Notes under the pieces: model-generated
Told to the model about the DNA's origin: nothing
Database searches by the model: none
The model's input: the letters and a program-made list of their open reading frames with translations, nothing else
Made by a program: the position numbers and the translations under genes
In this document: one piece after another, positions 11,360 to 22,073 of the stretch
How the letters are laid out: each line of letters begins with the position of its first letter
How positions within the stretch are numbered: the stretch's first letter is position 1
Assembly (NCBI GenBank): GCA_963826525.1
Contig: CAWGXH010000007.1
Location: 1 to 29,231, forward strand
DNA: 29,231 nt
Reading direction: 5' to 3'
From: an uncultured Methanomicrobiaceae archaeon
GTDB taxonomy: Archaea; Halobacteriota; Methanomicrobia; Methanomicrobiales; Methanoculleaceae

Positions 11360-12146
11360 GCCCTCAGGATCTCAATTGCTTCGTCTGCCGGTTTTCCTTC
11401 GTGTACAATGAGCGCCGCGGCCCGCATCAGTTTCTCCGGAGCGGGGTGCTGGAACGCATTCCTCCCGATGGAGATGCCGGCAGCGCCGCCCTCCATCGCC
11501 CCCTCGATCAGTTCGAGGATGGCCATATCGTCGGTCTTCGACCCGCCGGCGACGACCACCGGAACCGGGCACCCCCGCGTGACCTCGCGGAAACTGTCGG
11601 GGTCGCCGGTGTAGACGGTCTTGACGATATCGGCGCCGAGCTCCGCCGCCACCCGGGCGGCGAGTTTGACGTGTTCGACGTCGTGCTCGTCCGCGATCTT
11701 CTGCCCCGGGGGTACATCATCGCAAGCAGCGGCATCCCCCACTCCATGCACTCGATCGCCACCCGGCCGAGGTCTTCGAGCATCTTGGCCTCCGAGTTCG
11801 CACCGACATTGATATGCACCGAGACGCCGTCCGCCCCCATCTTGAGGGCGTTCGTGACGGTATTGACGAGCACCTTCTCGTTCGGGTCGGGTCCGACGGC
11901 GGTGCTCGCCGAGAGGTGGAGGATGAGCCCGACATCTCTGCCGTGCCGCCGGTGACCATGCAGGGCAAGCCCCATATGCCCGATCACCACGTTTGCTCCG
12001 CCCCCCGCCACGAGGTCGATGGTCTTTCCGAGGTCAATCAGTCCCGGGATTGGCCCGACCGTAACACCGTGATCCATCGGTACGATGATGGTCTTTCCGG
12101 TATTACAATCCATGATACGTTCCATGCGAATTTCTTTTCCTCTCAT
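11356..12146 (-). CDS. ADH synthase / DhnA-type class I aldolase, copy 1 (frameshift near 11710)
   Basis: [27 protein letters not shown] / [15 protein letters not shown]; SD-like GAGGAG 8 nt before the ATG. Confidence 0.9.
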
Positions 12147-12247
12147 AGTCAGATACTCCTCATCCGGCACGTCAGCGATTCTGGTGGAGAATCAGCTTCA
12201 GTTCCGGGGATAATAGTTAAAGGTGCTAAAAAAGCGGAGATAATTGC

Positions 12248-12285
12248 AAAAAGGCAGGCACCATCCGGTAATGGAATGAACCTGC
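12248..12285 (-). terminator. Candidate attenuator terminator in the aro operon leader: hairpin plus U5 tract
   Basis: Minus strand GCAGG-UUCAUU-CCAU-UACCGG-AUGG-UG-CCUGC-C-UUUUU; a second U6 tract follows at 12228-12233. Confidence 0.5.
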
Positions 12286-12330
12286 GGAAGAAGTGCGTCG
12301 CTTTGACCTGCACGGCGGATGGATCCTTCG

Positions 12331-12366
12331 CTACCAGTGATAAAAGCATTCACCGGCAAAAAACAT
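12331..12366 (-). CDS. Putative aromatic leader peptide MFFAGECFYHW
   Basis: ATG TTT TTT GCC GGT GAA TGC TTT TAT CAC TGG TAG read by hand; 5 of 11 codons are Phe/Tyr/Trp; lies upstream of the aromatic biosynthesis operon. Confidence 0.6.
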   Translation of the reverse strand: MFFAGECFYHW

Positions 12367-12375
12367 TCACCACGC

Positions 12376-12409
12376 ATTGATAGTATCATATTTCGTCAAT
12401 CTATAAAAA
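12376..12409 (-). promoter_or_regulatory. Putative TATA box of the aro operon with adjacent palindromes
   Basis: TTTTTATA on the minus strand at 12409-12402 predicts a start site near 12378; palindrome TGATAgTATCA at 12378-12388; ATTGA-N15-TCAAT at 12376-12400. Confidence 0.5.
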
Positions 12410-12511
12410 GGTAAGCCCGCAGGATGAGAATTGGCGAGGGGAGAAGGGACACGACCCGGCAGATATCGACGCTACTCTATTATTTCCGGAAAAGAACGCT
12501 GCTTCTGCCGA

Positions 12512-13008
12512 TCACTTCCGGATCTTCTTAAAGGAGATGACATCGCCGACGGTCGTCGCCATTCTGCCGGCGCCGCGGGACTCGGTCTCGTCGGCCGCGG
12601 AGTCGATCAGCTTGATGCCGAGCGCCCGCTCGATCTTTTTCCGGACAGCGTCTTCCGGAATGAGATCGCCCTTCTCGATCTTCTTGATCAGGATCTCACG
12701 CTCTTTCGTCGCATGCGCAAGATCCAGCGTCGACCATTCCTTCTCTTCCCGGGCAGCGCGAATCCGTTCGCGGTAGTCGTCGACGATATCGCCCTCGATC
12801 AGGTCAAAGACATCCCGCGGCCTCCTCCGGGCTGCGGCGTCGAGGCCGCCGGTGCTCCGGGCTTCCGCACAGGAACGCCGCCTCGCCGTGATTGCTGGAC
12901 TTCCTTACCGTATTTTGCACATTTGATGCACACACAGAGTTCTGCACCTTCAACCTGGACTGTCTTAGACGGTCCGTGGATAGGAGCGCCGCATAATTCA
13001 CATTGCAT
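12512..13008 (-). CDS. Archaeal multiprotein bridging factor aMBF1 (Zn ribbon plus HTH); frameshift near 12820
   Basis: MQCELCG..VCIKCAKYG; second frame DIVDDYRERIRAAREEKEWSTLDLAHA..IKKIEKGDLIPE..TTVGDVISFKKIRK*; divergent from pan. Confidence 0.9.
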
Positions 13009-13042
13009 GGTTCTCGCAAAGAACTTTATATCCATTTTACCC

Positions 13043-13054
13043 TATATAATTAAT
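13043..13054. promoter_or_regulatory. AT-rich TATA-like element in the short divergent aMBF1/pan spacer
   Basis: TATATAATTAAT in an otherwise GC-rich context, 35-45 nt from the aMBF1 ATG. Confidence 0.5.
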
Positions 13055-13065
13055 CGAGGAGACCT

Positions 13066-14302
13066 ATGGGAGATATTGCTCGGCAAGCACCTGACAAGGA
13101 TACCGGTGAAGATCTTTACCAGTACCTGCTTGAACGGATAACTAACCTCGAAAACCGAAATCTGGGCTGCGGGAGCAGTTCCGGCAGATGGAATCTGAAA
13201 AACGCTATATCGAAACCCAGAAGATCCGGTACAAGCGTGAGCTCCGGAAGCTCAAGAGCGAGATCGAACAACTGCGGAGCCCTCCTCTCGTTATCGGGAC
13301 GGTCACCGACGTCGTTGACAACAACCGGGTCATCGTGCGGAGCAGCGCTGGTCCACGATTCCTCGTCCGCACATCGCAACTCATCGATCCCGATCTCCTC
13401 AAGCCGGGTGTGCGGTGTACCTTAAACCAGCAGTCTCTCGCCATCGTCGACGTCCTCCCCACGAGTTACGACTCGCAGGTCTACGGTATGGAGCTGATCG
13501 AGTCCCCTGACGAGCGCTACGAGAATATCGGCGGCCTTGAGCCGCAGATCGTGGAGATCCAGGAAGCGGTCGAGCTCCCGCTGACAAAGCCCCATCTCTT
13601 CGAGCAGATCGGCATCTCGCCGCCGAAGGGCGTCCTCCTCTACGGCCCGCCCGGAACCGGGAAGACGCTGCTCGCGCGGGCGGTCGCGCACCAGACGAAC
13701 GCGCACTTCCTCCGTGTCGTCGGTTCGGAGCTCGTGCAGAAGTACATCGGCGAGGGGCGCGGCTCGTGCGCGAACTCTTCGAGCTTGCCAAACAGAAAGC
13801 GCCGTCGATCATCTTCATCGACGAGATCGATGCGATCGGTGCGCACCGGAACGATTCGACGACCTCGGGAGACCGCGAGGTGCAGCGGACGCTCATGCAG
13901 CTCCTCGCCGAGATGGACGGGTTCGAGAACCGCGGCGACGTCAAGATCATCGGCGCCACGAACCGGATCGATATCCTGGATCGCGCCCTCCTCCGGCCGG
14001 GTCGGTTCGACCGGATCATCGAGATTCCGCTCCCCGACTTCCACGGACGGCTGTCAATCATGAAGATCCACACGAAGGGCATGAACCTCGGCGGAAACGT
14101 CGACCTTGCGGAGGTCGCCCGCCTCACCGAAGGAAAGAACGGTGCCGACCTTCGGGCGGTCTGCATGGAAGCGGATATGCTCGCGATCCGGAGCGAGCAC
14201 GAGACCGTCACGCAGGACGACTTCATGAAGGCGATCGACAAACTCGCGCTCGACTTCGACAAGCACCATATCAACTCCTCATATGGCGCGATGTTCGCCT
14301 GA
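13066..14302 (+). CDS. pan: Proteasome-activating nucleotidase, copy 1 (frameshifts near 13165 and 13760)
   Basis: N-terminal coiled coil, [48 protein letters not shown]; ends MFA*; T-tract follows at about 14313-14319. Confidence 0.95.
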
Positions 14303-14375
14303 AGATACCTCCTTTTTTTCTCCTGATATCTTTCGCCAGACCACGATACCGAAATTCCGTCCATATTCATAGCCC

Positions 14376-14848
14376 GGCTCTTTCCGTAGCCTCTATGAGG
14401 AATGCCGTCGGGGGCATCGGGAGGCGTTTATCCGAATCGCAACAGGGGTTTGATCACGAGCACGGCCACTGCCGGCTAATCGCATACAGGGGGGTGCGGG
14501 GAGGAGTGTCCCAGCAGAAGGTTTTGGTACAGACACCATTCGCCACAGGCGACAGGGGGGCTCTCGACCTCTCCCGTCCGAGGGTGAACGCCCCTGCAGG
14601 TTCGATGCCCGCAAAAACGTCAAGAAAAATGGGAAACAAGACCACAGATGGGAGAAGATCTCCAGTACCGACAGGATCACAGACACGGCCACCACCGGTA
14701 ATCGCATCGCGGGGGAGGTTCAGGGGCAAAAGCCCCCTCCTGCCAGACCGTTTCGCGTACAAACTCGATCTGAAAACGCAAAATCGATGCCGGATTTGAA
14801 GTGCTCTTCAGACCGAAACGCCCTCATCGGCGATTTTGGGATGAAACC
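14376..14848. mobile_element. Candidate non-autonomous repeat / MITE-like insert
   Basis: About 470 bp with no recognisable protein, between convergent genes; degenerate inverted ends (GGCTCTTTCC..ATGAGG versus reverse-complement GGTTTCATCC..ATGAGG); internal GC hairpin GGGGCAAAAGCCCC; no target duplication seen. Confidence 0.4.
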
Positions 14849-15310
14849 TTTGAAAAGAGAGGGCATGCCTAGGAGCTCGGCGTGCTCGCTCTCCGAGCAC
14901 CAGACCTCGAGGACGTCGTCCATACCCTCGAGAGCGTCGGCATAACCGTCCCGGCCACAGCCCGGCTCCATCTTCACCGACTGGACGAGCCGGCCGTCCC
15001 GGATACCGTAGAGCAGGCGATACTCCCAGGGAGCGGCAAGTTTCGTATCCCGTTCGTAGACCTGTTTCGCGAGCTCGAACGAACGGTAAGTGTCCTCGGA
15101 TAACCGGAAGAGCACCACCTCGACGTAGCGCCTGATATACCAGCGGATCTCCGAGATAATAGAGAGACTGCTTGCAAGGGATGCCGTCCTGATCAGCACG
15201 CCGAACTCGAGGCGCGAGGGGTGATAAAACCAAGTATCCCGGCTGGTCTCGGATTTCAAAAGGGTGGAGTAGAGGTCGACCCCATCGGCCTGGACCAGCA
15301 ACGCGTCCAT
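14720..15310 (-). CDS. Conserved archaeal hypothetical protein downstream of pan (possibly DUF5804-like); true 3' end probably near 14860
   Basis: MDALLVQADGVDLYSTLLKSETSR..ISEIRWYIRRY; starts immediately after the pan copy 2 stop; the ORF tail runs into the repeat-like insert. Confidence 0.65.
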   Translation of the reverse strand: MDALLVQADGVDLYSTLLKSETSRDTWFYHPSRLEFGVLIRTASLASSLSIISEIRWYIRRYVEVVLFRLSEDTYRSFELAKQVYERDTKLAAPWEYRLLYGIRDGRLVQSVKMEPGCGRDGYADALEGMDDVLEVWCSESEHAELLGMPSLFKGFIPKSPMRAFRSEEHFKSGIDFAFSDRVCTRNGLAGGGFCP

Positions 15311-15311
15311 A

Positions 15312-16478
<1,167 letters not shown>

Positions 16479-16523
16479 GGTACTCATATAGTTGTTTCTC
16501 CAACCACTTATTACTGTGGTCGC

Positions 16524-16925
16524 ATGATTCTGAAGGGAAGAGCAATTTCGAAAGGGTCGGGCAGGGGAGAACTCCTCGTCAGTCCTGCGCCGATCTCATT
16601 TCTCTCCGGTGTCGACCCGGAGACGGGCGTCGTCATCGAGAAAGGCCACCCGCTCGAGGGCGAGAGTGTTGCCGGTCGCGTCCTTGCATTCCCGTACGGG
16701 AAGGGATCGACGGTCGGTTCGTACGTCATCTACGCGCTGGCGCGTAGCGGCCGGGCTCCTGCTGCGATCATCAATACCGAGGCTGAAGCAATCATCGCCG
16801 TCGGGGCAATCATCGCCGGGATCCCCATGATCGACAGCCTCCCGTGCCCCTCTCCAATCACCGGGCGGCAGCATCGTGACGGTCGACGGCGATACGGGCG
16901 GCTCGCCTGCGGCGATGCGGCGTGA
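16524..16925 (+). CDS. DUF126 / aconitase X swivel protein (phosphomevalonate dehydratase small subunit family); 3' frameshifts
   Basis: ISFLSGVDPETG..HPLEG..KGSTVGSY..APAAII..GAIIAGIP; VTVDGDTG in a shifted frame. Confidence 0.88.
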   Translation: MILKGRAISKGSGRGELLVSPAPISFLSGVDPETGVVIEKGHPLEGESVAGRVLAFPYGKGSTVGSYVIYALARSGRAPAAIINTEAEAIIAVGAIIAGIPMIDSLPCPSPITGRQHRDGRRRYGRLACGDAA

Positions 16926-16976
16926 GAGGTCTGTGCGAAAAGCCGATACCACTACGGGTGTCACCGAAGGATCACG

Positions 16977-17447
16977 ATGAATACGTACCGGGCGAAGATT
17001 GCCGAAACCTACTACGACGTCCTCGGCATCAGCCGTGAAGCGAGCGCGGGTGAGATCAAAGCCGCATACCGGAGGCTCGCCAAACAGTATCACCCCGATA
17101 TCAGCACCGCCCCGGGCGCCCAGGAGATCTTCCTGAAGGTTCAGGAGGCATATGATACCCTCTCCGACCCCGAGAAGAGGACGGAGTATGACAGGCTCCT
17201 TGCGGCCGGCACGGCGTATTCGCCGTACGGCGCACCGGCCGGGGGAGCATCCTCCGCGTATCGGCAGACGGGAACTCACCGATACTACTATTACTCTCCG
17301 GGCGGAGGCTTTTCATCCTCAGAAAGACCCGGAGAAGCCGCCCCCATAAGTCGATCATCCCTCGCATTGATTCTGCTCGGCGGTATCCTGATGATCGTCG
17401 CGCTCCTGCTCCGGGTGCTGCACGGCATCCTCTTTACCGGGAAATGA
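16977..17447 (+). CDS. Small J-domain protein with C-terminal transmembrane segment
   Basis: [33 protein letters not shown]; hydrophobic [17 protein letters not shown]. Confidence 0.88.
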   Translation: MNTYRAKIAETYYDVLGISREASAGEIKAAYRRLAKQYHPDISTAPGAQEIFLKVQEAYDTLSDPEKRTEYDRLLAAGTAYSPYGAPAGGASSAYRQTGTHRYYYYSPGGGFSSSERPGEAAPISRSSLALILLGGILMIVALLLRVLHGILFTGK

Positions 17448-17463
17448 AAAACGAGCGGTGACG

Positions 17464-18745
17464 TTACGGCATCCGCTTCATCGGGCTGACGCTTGACCCT
17501 TCCATATTGCCGCCCGCAAAGGCGTACCGCTCCCGGATTGTCGGCGGCAGTTCCCGCTCGCCGATGGGCGTAAAGCCGAAGGATGCGTAGAACAGGACGA
17601 GATCGCTCGTCGAATGCATGTACAGCACGTCGTTCCCGCAGGCGGAGACGAGCGCTTCAACCGCTCTCTTCGATCCCCGCCCCTGAACTCCTCGGGAGTG
17701 AAGACGCCGTCGACCTCCCTTCCGTCCGGGTGCTGCCTGCACCGGGCGAGGCTGACGAGGTTGCCGTCAAGGAAGACGCCGAAGATACGATCGGTCTCCT
17801 TATTCGCCTTCTGCTGGTGATACCCCTTCCAGATCCTCTCTGCCTTCGAAAACTCTCCGGTGCAAGTTCACGGGCTTCCACAGCCAGCGACAAATGGGAT
17901 ATTTCACGAGAACCGGACGGCGGGCTCGCTTTGCCACGTCGGCCGCCGTACTTCCGGGGGATATCCCTGAAGTAGTCCTGCTCGCCGTACCGGGAGATGA
18001 GGATCAGGGAGACGTCCTCTTCCTCGGCGAGATCGGTGATCTCCTGGCTCGGGTTTCCGAACCGCACGACCGTCCTGATAGCGAGACCGCCGCGCGCAAG
18101 TTCCATCGCGATCCCGGAGAGCCTTCGTTCCGCCTCCTCGATCCCCGCTATCAGTTCCTCTTTGGTCTCCGCGCTCCTGATGACGTGAACCAGGATAAGT
18201 TCGGAGATGATCTCCAGTCGCCCGACAAAATCGATCACCATTCGGGAAGGCCTCGAAAAATCGACCGGACAGAGCACCCGCGAAAAGATATTCATCCGGC
18301 ATGTCTCCGTGGCCGCACCTCGGTAGCGGGTGATCAGGATATCGACGGTGCTTCTCCGGAGGACGTCCAATGAGACGCTCCCGAGGAAGTATCCCTGAAT
18401 GATCCCCTTTCCCCGCGCGCCGATGACGATCAGCGGGATCTGCTCGTCGGCAGCACGCGAGACGACCGCTCCGGCGGTGTCGCCGTCCCGGACGATATCG
18501 AGGATCGCTATCGGCCGGAGCCCGAGCTCCTCCACCCGCTCGCTCTGCATCGCCAGCCGGCGTTCTGCACATTCGGCAGGTGTCTCAAACGTCTGACCGG
18601 AGATCCATGTCCGCATCGACGCATGGTCTGCGTCAAGGGCATGGAGCAGAATCACCTCCCGGACTCCCGGAATCTGTCCGAGACACTCTATAGTTCTCCC
18701 CGAGTACTCGGAGAAATCGGTCGGCACCAGTACCCTCTCAAACAT
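17464..18745 (-). CDS. Tandem universal stress protein domains fused to a GNAT acetyltransferase (frameshifted)
   Basis: MFERVLVPTDFS..LGSVS; SRVLCPVDFS..GSTAADVAKRARRPVLV; then DGVFTPEEFRG..LVLFYASFGF; no intergenic gap between the parts. Confidence 0.75.
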
Positions 18746-19040
18746 AATGATATCCGCACCAGGTAGCTGTTGATTGGGCGGTTACTGATTAATATATACC
18801 CATTTCAAACGCCCTGGGGGCACCTGTCCGCGCCCGGAGGAGCAGACGCGGCCAGTGCGTCCGCTTCCGCCCCTAAAATGCCTTGGATAGACCCTTAAGC
18901 GCAGTATAATCGATAACTTCCCGGCGGAGCAATAACTACTTAATGCTCAATAACGATAGTATAAAGAATACGTCGATGTGTATATCCGGTTCTTTTGCGG
19001 ACGGGCGGGTGATGCCGTCCAGATGAACAGAGCGTGACAG

Positions 19041-21406
19041 ATGGTTTTTTTTGGAAACAGGCCCGGAGCAACGATAACGGTATCAGTGCTGCTGGTGGAT
19101 GACGACCCCTCCCTGCTCGAAGCTGCCCGCATCTTCCTTGAAGGGAGGGAAGGTTTCTCCGTCGAAACCGCACTCTCGGCACGGGGAGCGCTCGATATCG
19201 TCAGGGATACCCGCTTCGACGTCATCGTCTCCGGTTACGATATGCCGGAGCATACCGGCATAGACCTGCTCCAGGAACTTCGCGCGCGAGGGGACGAGAC
19301 CCCGTTTATCATATTTACCGGAAAGGGCAGAGAACACGTCGCAATCGAAGCCCTCAACAGCGGGGCAGACTTTTATCTTCAGAAGGACGCCGACGTTCCG
19401 GTCGTCTTCGCCGAACTCGAGCAGATGCTCCAGAAGGCGGCCCAGCGCGGCTGGACCGAGGCCGCTCTCAAAGCGAGCGAGGAGCGCTACCGCGCCGTCG
19501 TCGAAAGCCAGACCGAACTTATCACCCGGTTCAGCCCCGAAGGAGTCATCCTCTTCGTCAACGAAGCGTACTGCAGGTACTTCGGAAAGAAGTGCAATGA
19601 TATCATCGGGCACCGGTTCAGACCGGTAGTCCCGAGAGAGGAGCAGGCGCTGGTCCGGGAACACTTCGCCTCGCTCACCCCCGACAGTCCCGTCGCCTCC
19701 CTCGAACACCGCATAATCATGCCGGACGGAGAGGTTCGCTGGCACCAGTGGAGTGATCGGGCAATCTTCGATTCCCATGACCGGCTTCTCGAGTACCAGT
19801 CGGTCGGCCGCGACGTGACGGAACGGAAATTCGCTGAAGAGGCACTTCGGCAGTCCGAAGAGCGCCTCTCGAAGATCATCAACCATCTGCCGGAGCCGAC
19901 ATTTGCAATCGACAAAAACGCACGGGTCATCGCCTGGAACAGAGCACTTGAAGGACTGACCGGCATAGCCGCCGGCGAGATGGTCGGGGCAGGCGGGTGC
20001 CAGTACGCAGTTCCCTTTTATGGGGAGAGGCGGCCGGCACTGGCCGATTATATCCTCAAACCCGATGCGGCAGCCCTGCAGCGGTACACGTTGATCACGG
20101 AGAAGGAGGACGAGCTGACTGCGGAGGTGACGTTCCCGCTCCCGCAGTGGAACGGCCGTATCTTCTGGATCAAGGCGACGCCGCTCTACGACAACAACAG
20201 CGCGGTCGTCGGTGCTATCGAATCTATCCGCGACGTTACCGAGATGAAACGGGCGGAGGCCGAGAGAGAGCGGTTGCTTGATGAGATCGAGAGGCGAAAG
20301 CGCCTCCTCGACACGATCTTCGACGTGACGCCCGTCCAGTTCTATGTCTACGACAGGGATCTCCGGTACCTTTACGTCTGTTCGAAAGGCGCCGAGGAAC
20401 GGAACGTAAAACCGGAAGAGATGATCGGGAAGACCTGGCGCGATCTCAGCATGCCGATCGGGATCATGGAGCCGATCGAAGAGCAGCTCAAGACCGTACT
20501 CGCGACCGGTTCTCACCTGCAGGGAGAGTATACCTTTCCGACCGCGAGCGGCGACAAGGAAACCTGTACCAGCTGACACCGATCTACGGTAGCGAAGGAG
20601 GTGTCGAAGCGGTGGTCTCGACGGTGATCGATATCACCGAGAGAAAGAGAGCGGAAGAGGCCGTCCTGCAGACCAACCGGAAGTTAAACCTCCTCAACAG
20701 CGTCACCCGGCACGACGTCCACAATCAGCCCACCATCCTGATCGGGTTTTTGCACCTCTCGCAGGAGCATACCGACGATCCGCTCCTGCAGGAGTTCATC
20801 GGCAAGATGCAGGGAGCGGCAAAGACCATTCACCGCCAGATCGCCTTCACCACCGACTACCAGGACATCGGCGTGCAGTTCCCTGCCTGGCAGAACCTTC
20901 CCGACGCCGTCGCCCGTGCGACGGCCTTGCTCGATACGGGAGCGGTCTCGGTATTCGTAAACGTACGCGGCATCGAGATCTTTGCCGATCCGCTCCTCGA
21001 GAAGGTATTCTACAACCTTATCGACAATGCCACCAGGCACGGAGGCCCTATCACCCGGATCCGCATATACGACCGTATAACCGAGGACGGGCTGAAGATC
21101 GTCTGCGAGGACGACGGGAGCGGCGTGCCAGCGCATAAGAAAGAACGGATCTTCAAACGGGGTTTTGGGAGCAATACCGGATACGGCCTATTCCTGGCAC
21201 GGGAGATCCTCTCCATCACCCACCTCTCTATCGAAGAGACCGGCACGCCCGGGGTCGGTGCACGCTTTGAGATCCTTGTTCCGAACGGTTCGTATCGCTC
21301 AACAAGTTCGGGCGACGCCTGTATGCCGGCACGCCGGTCGAAGGACGACCCTGCCGGGTCGATTGATACCCGCCCGCCCCGGCCATCACGTTTCTGCCGT
21401 GCCTGA
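19041..21406 (+). CDS. Hybrid sensor kinase: REC + 3 PAS + histidine kinase (frameshift near 20560)
   Basis: VLLVDDD..GADFYLQK receiver; PAS/PAC ends VGRDVTE, SIRDVTE, VIDITERK; TRHDVHNQ H-box; NLIDNA, DDGSG, GYGLFL. Confidence 0.9.
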
Positions 21407-21476
21407 GCAGGGCAGGGGTAAGTGTTATCTGATGCGAGTGCATGTATGCCGTTGAATCACACCCGAAGGTGACACG

Positions 21477-21862
21477 ATGGAGAAAGTAAAACGGTATCGG
21501 TGCAGGGTCTGCAATTACATCTACTCCCCCGTCCGGGGCGAACCGCACCGGGGCGTAGCCGCCGGCACGGCATTCGAAGATCTGCCTGACGATTACATCT
21601 GCCCGGTCTGCGGGGCGACGGGAAAAGGTCTCGTCGGGAAATGGGGTTTTGTTCCCTGGGAGCCGACGAAGTACGTCTGCAAGATCTGCGGGTATATCTA
21701 CGACCAGAAAAGAGGTGAGCCCCGCCGGGGCATTCCGGCAGGCACGGCGTTCGAAGATCTTCCGGAGGACTATACCTGCCCGATCTGCGGCATGGATCCG
21801 CGGATAACCGAGTTTTACGGACCGGTCCGCAAACCCAGTTCGACCCGATCCTCGACGTGTGA
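21477..21862 (+). CDS. Double-domain rubredoxin
   Basis: Two CxxC..GTAFEDLP..CPxCG repeats; likely stop TGA at 21860-21862 after a 1-nt slip (QFDPILDV*). Confidence 0.88.
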
Positions 21863-21902
21863 GGGAGGGCGGTGGGTGACACCCCCCCCGACCCTTTTGC
21901 TT
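21863..21902 (+). terminator. GC hairpin plus T-tract after the rubredoxin
   Basis: G-rich arm GGGAGGGCGGTGGGTG, C-rich arm CACCCCCCCCGACCC, then TTTTGCTT. Confidence 0.5.
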
Positions 21903-22073
21903 CCCCAAAGCCCACTCTTTTCGCCTTTCATGCCCATCCGGAATGCAAGAGCGGTTCAGGTTCGGATCGCTACCCTTATCGGCTCGCATATGGTACCAAT
22001 TCCTGCTAACAGGAAGGAAGGGGCCTGCCGCTACGGCAGATTCTCTTCCATCCGGTATGCGGAGGGCGAACCG

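Noticed and set aside
14393-14800. Possible RNase P, SRP or tRNA gene, or protein-coding ORFs
   Set aside because: No RNase P GAGGAAAGUCC or SRP signature and no cloverleaf found by eye; the ORFs have no recognisable similarity.
16524-16925. DUF126 gene without its DUF521 large subunit
   Set aside because: The two subunits are often unlinked in archaea, so this is not informative.
18838-18868. GC hairpin GGAGCAGACGC-N7-GCGTCCGCTTC in the USP/kinase spacer
   Set aside because: Single short imperfect hairpin, expected by chance at this GC content.
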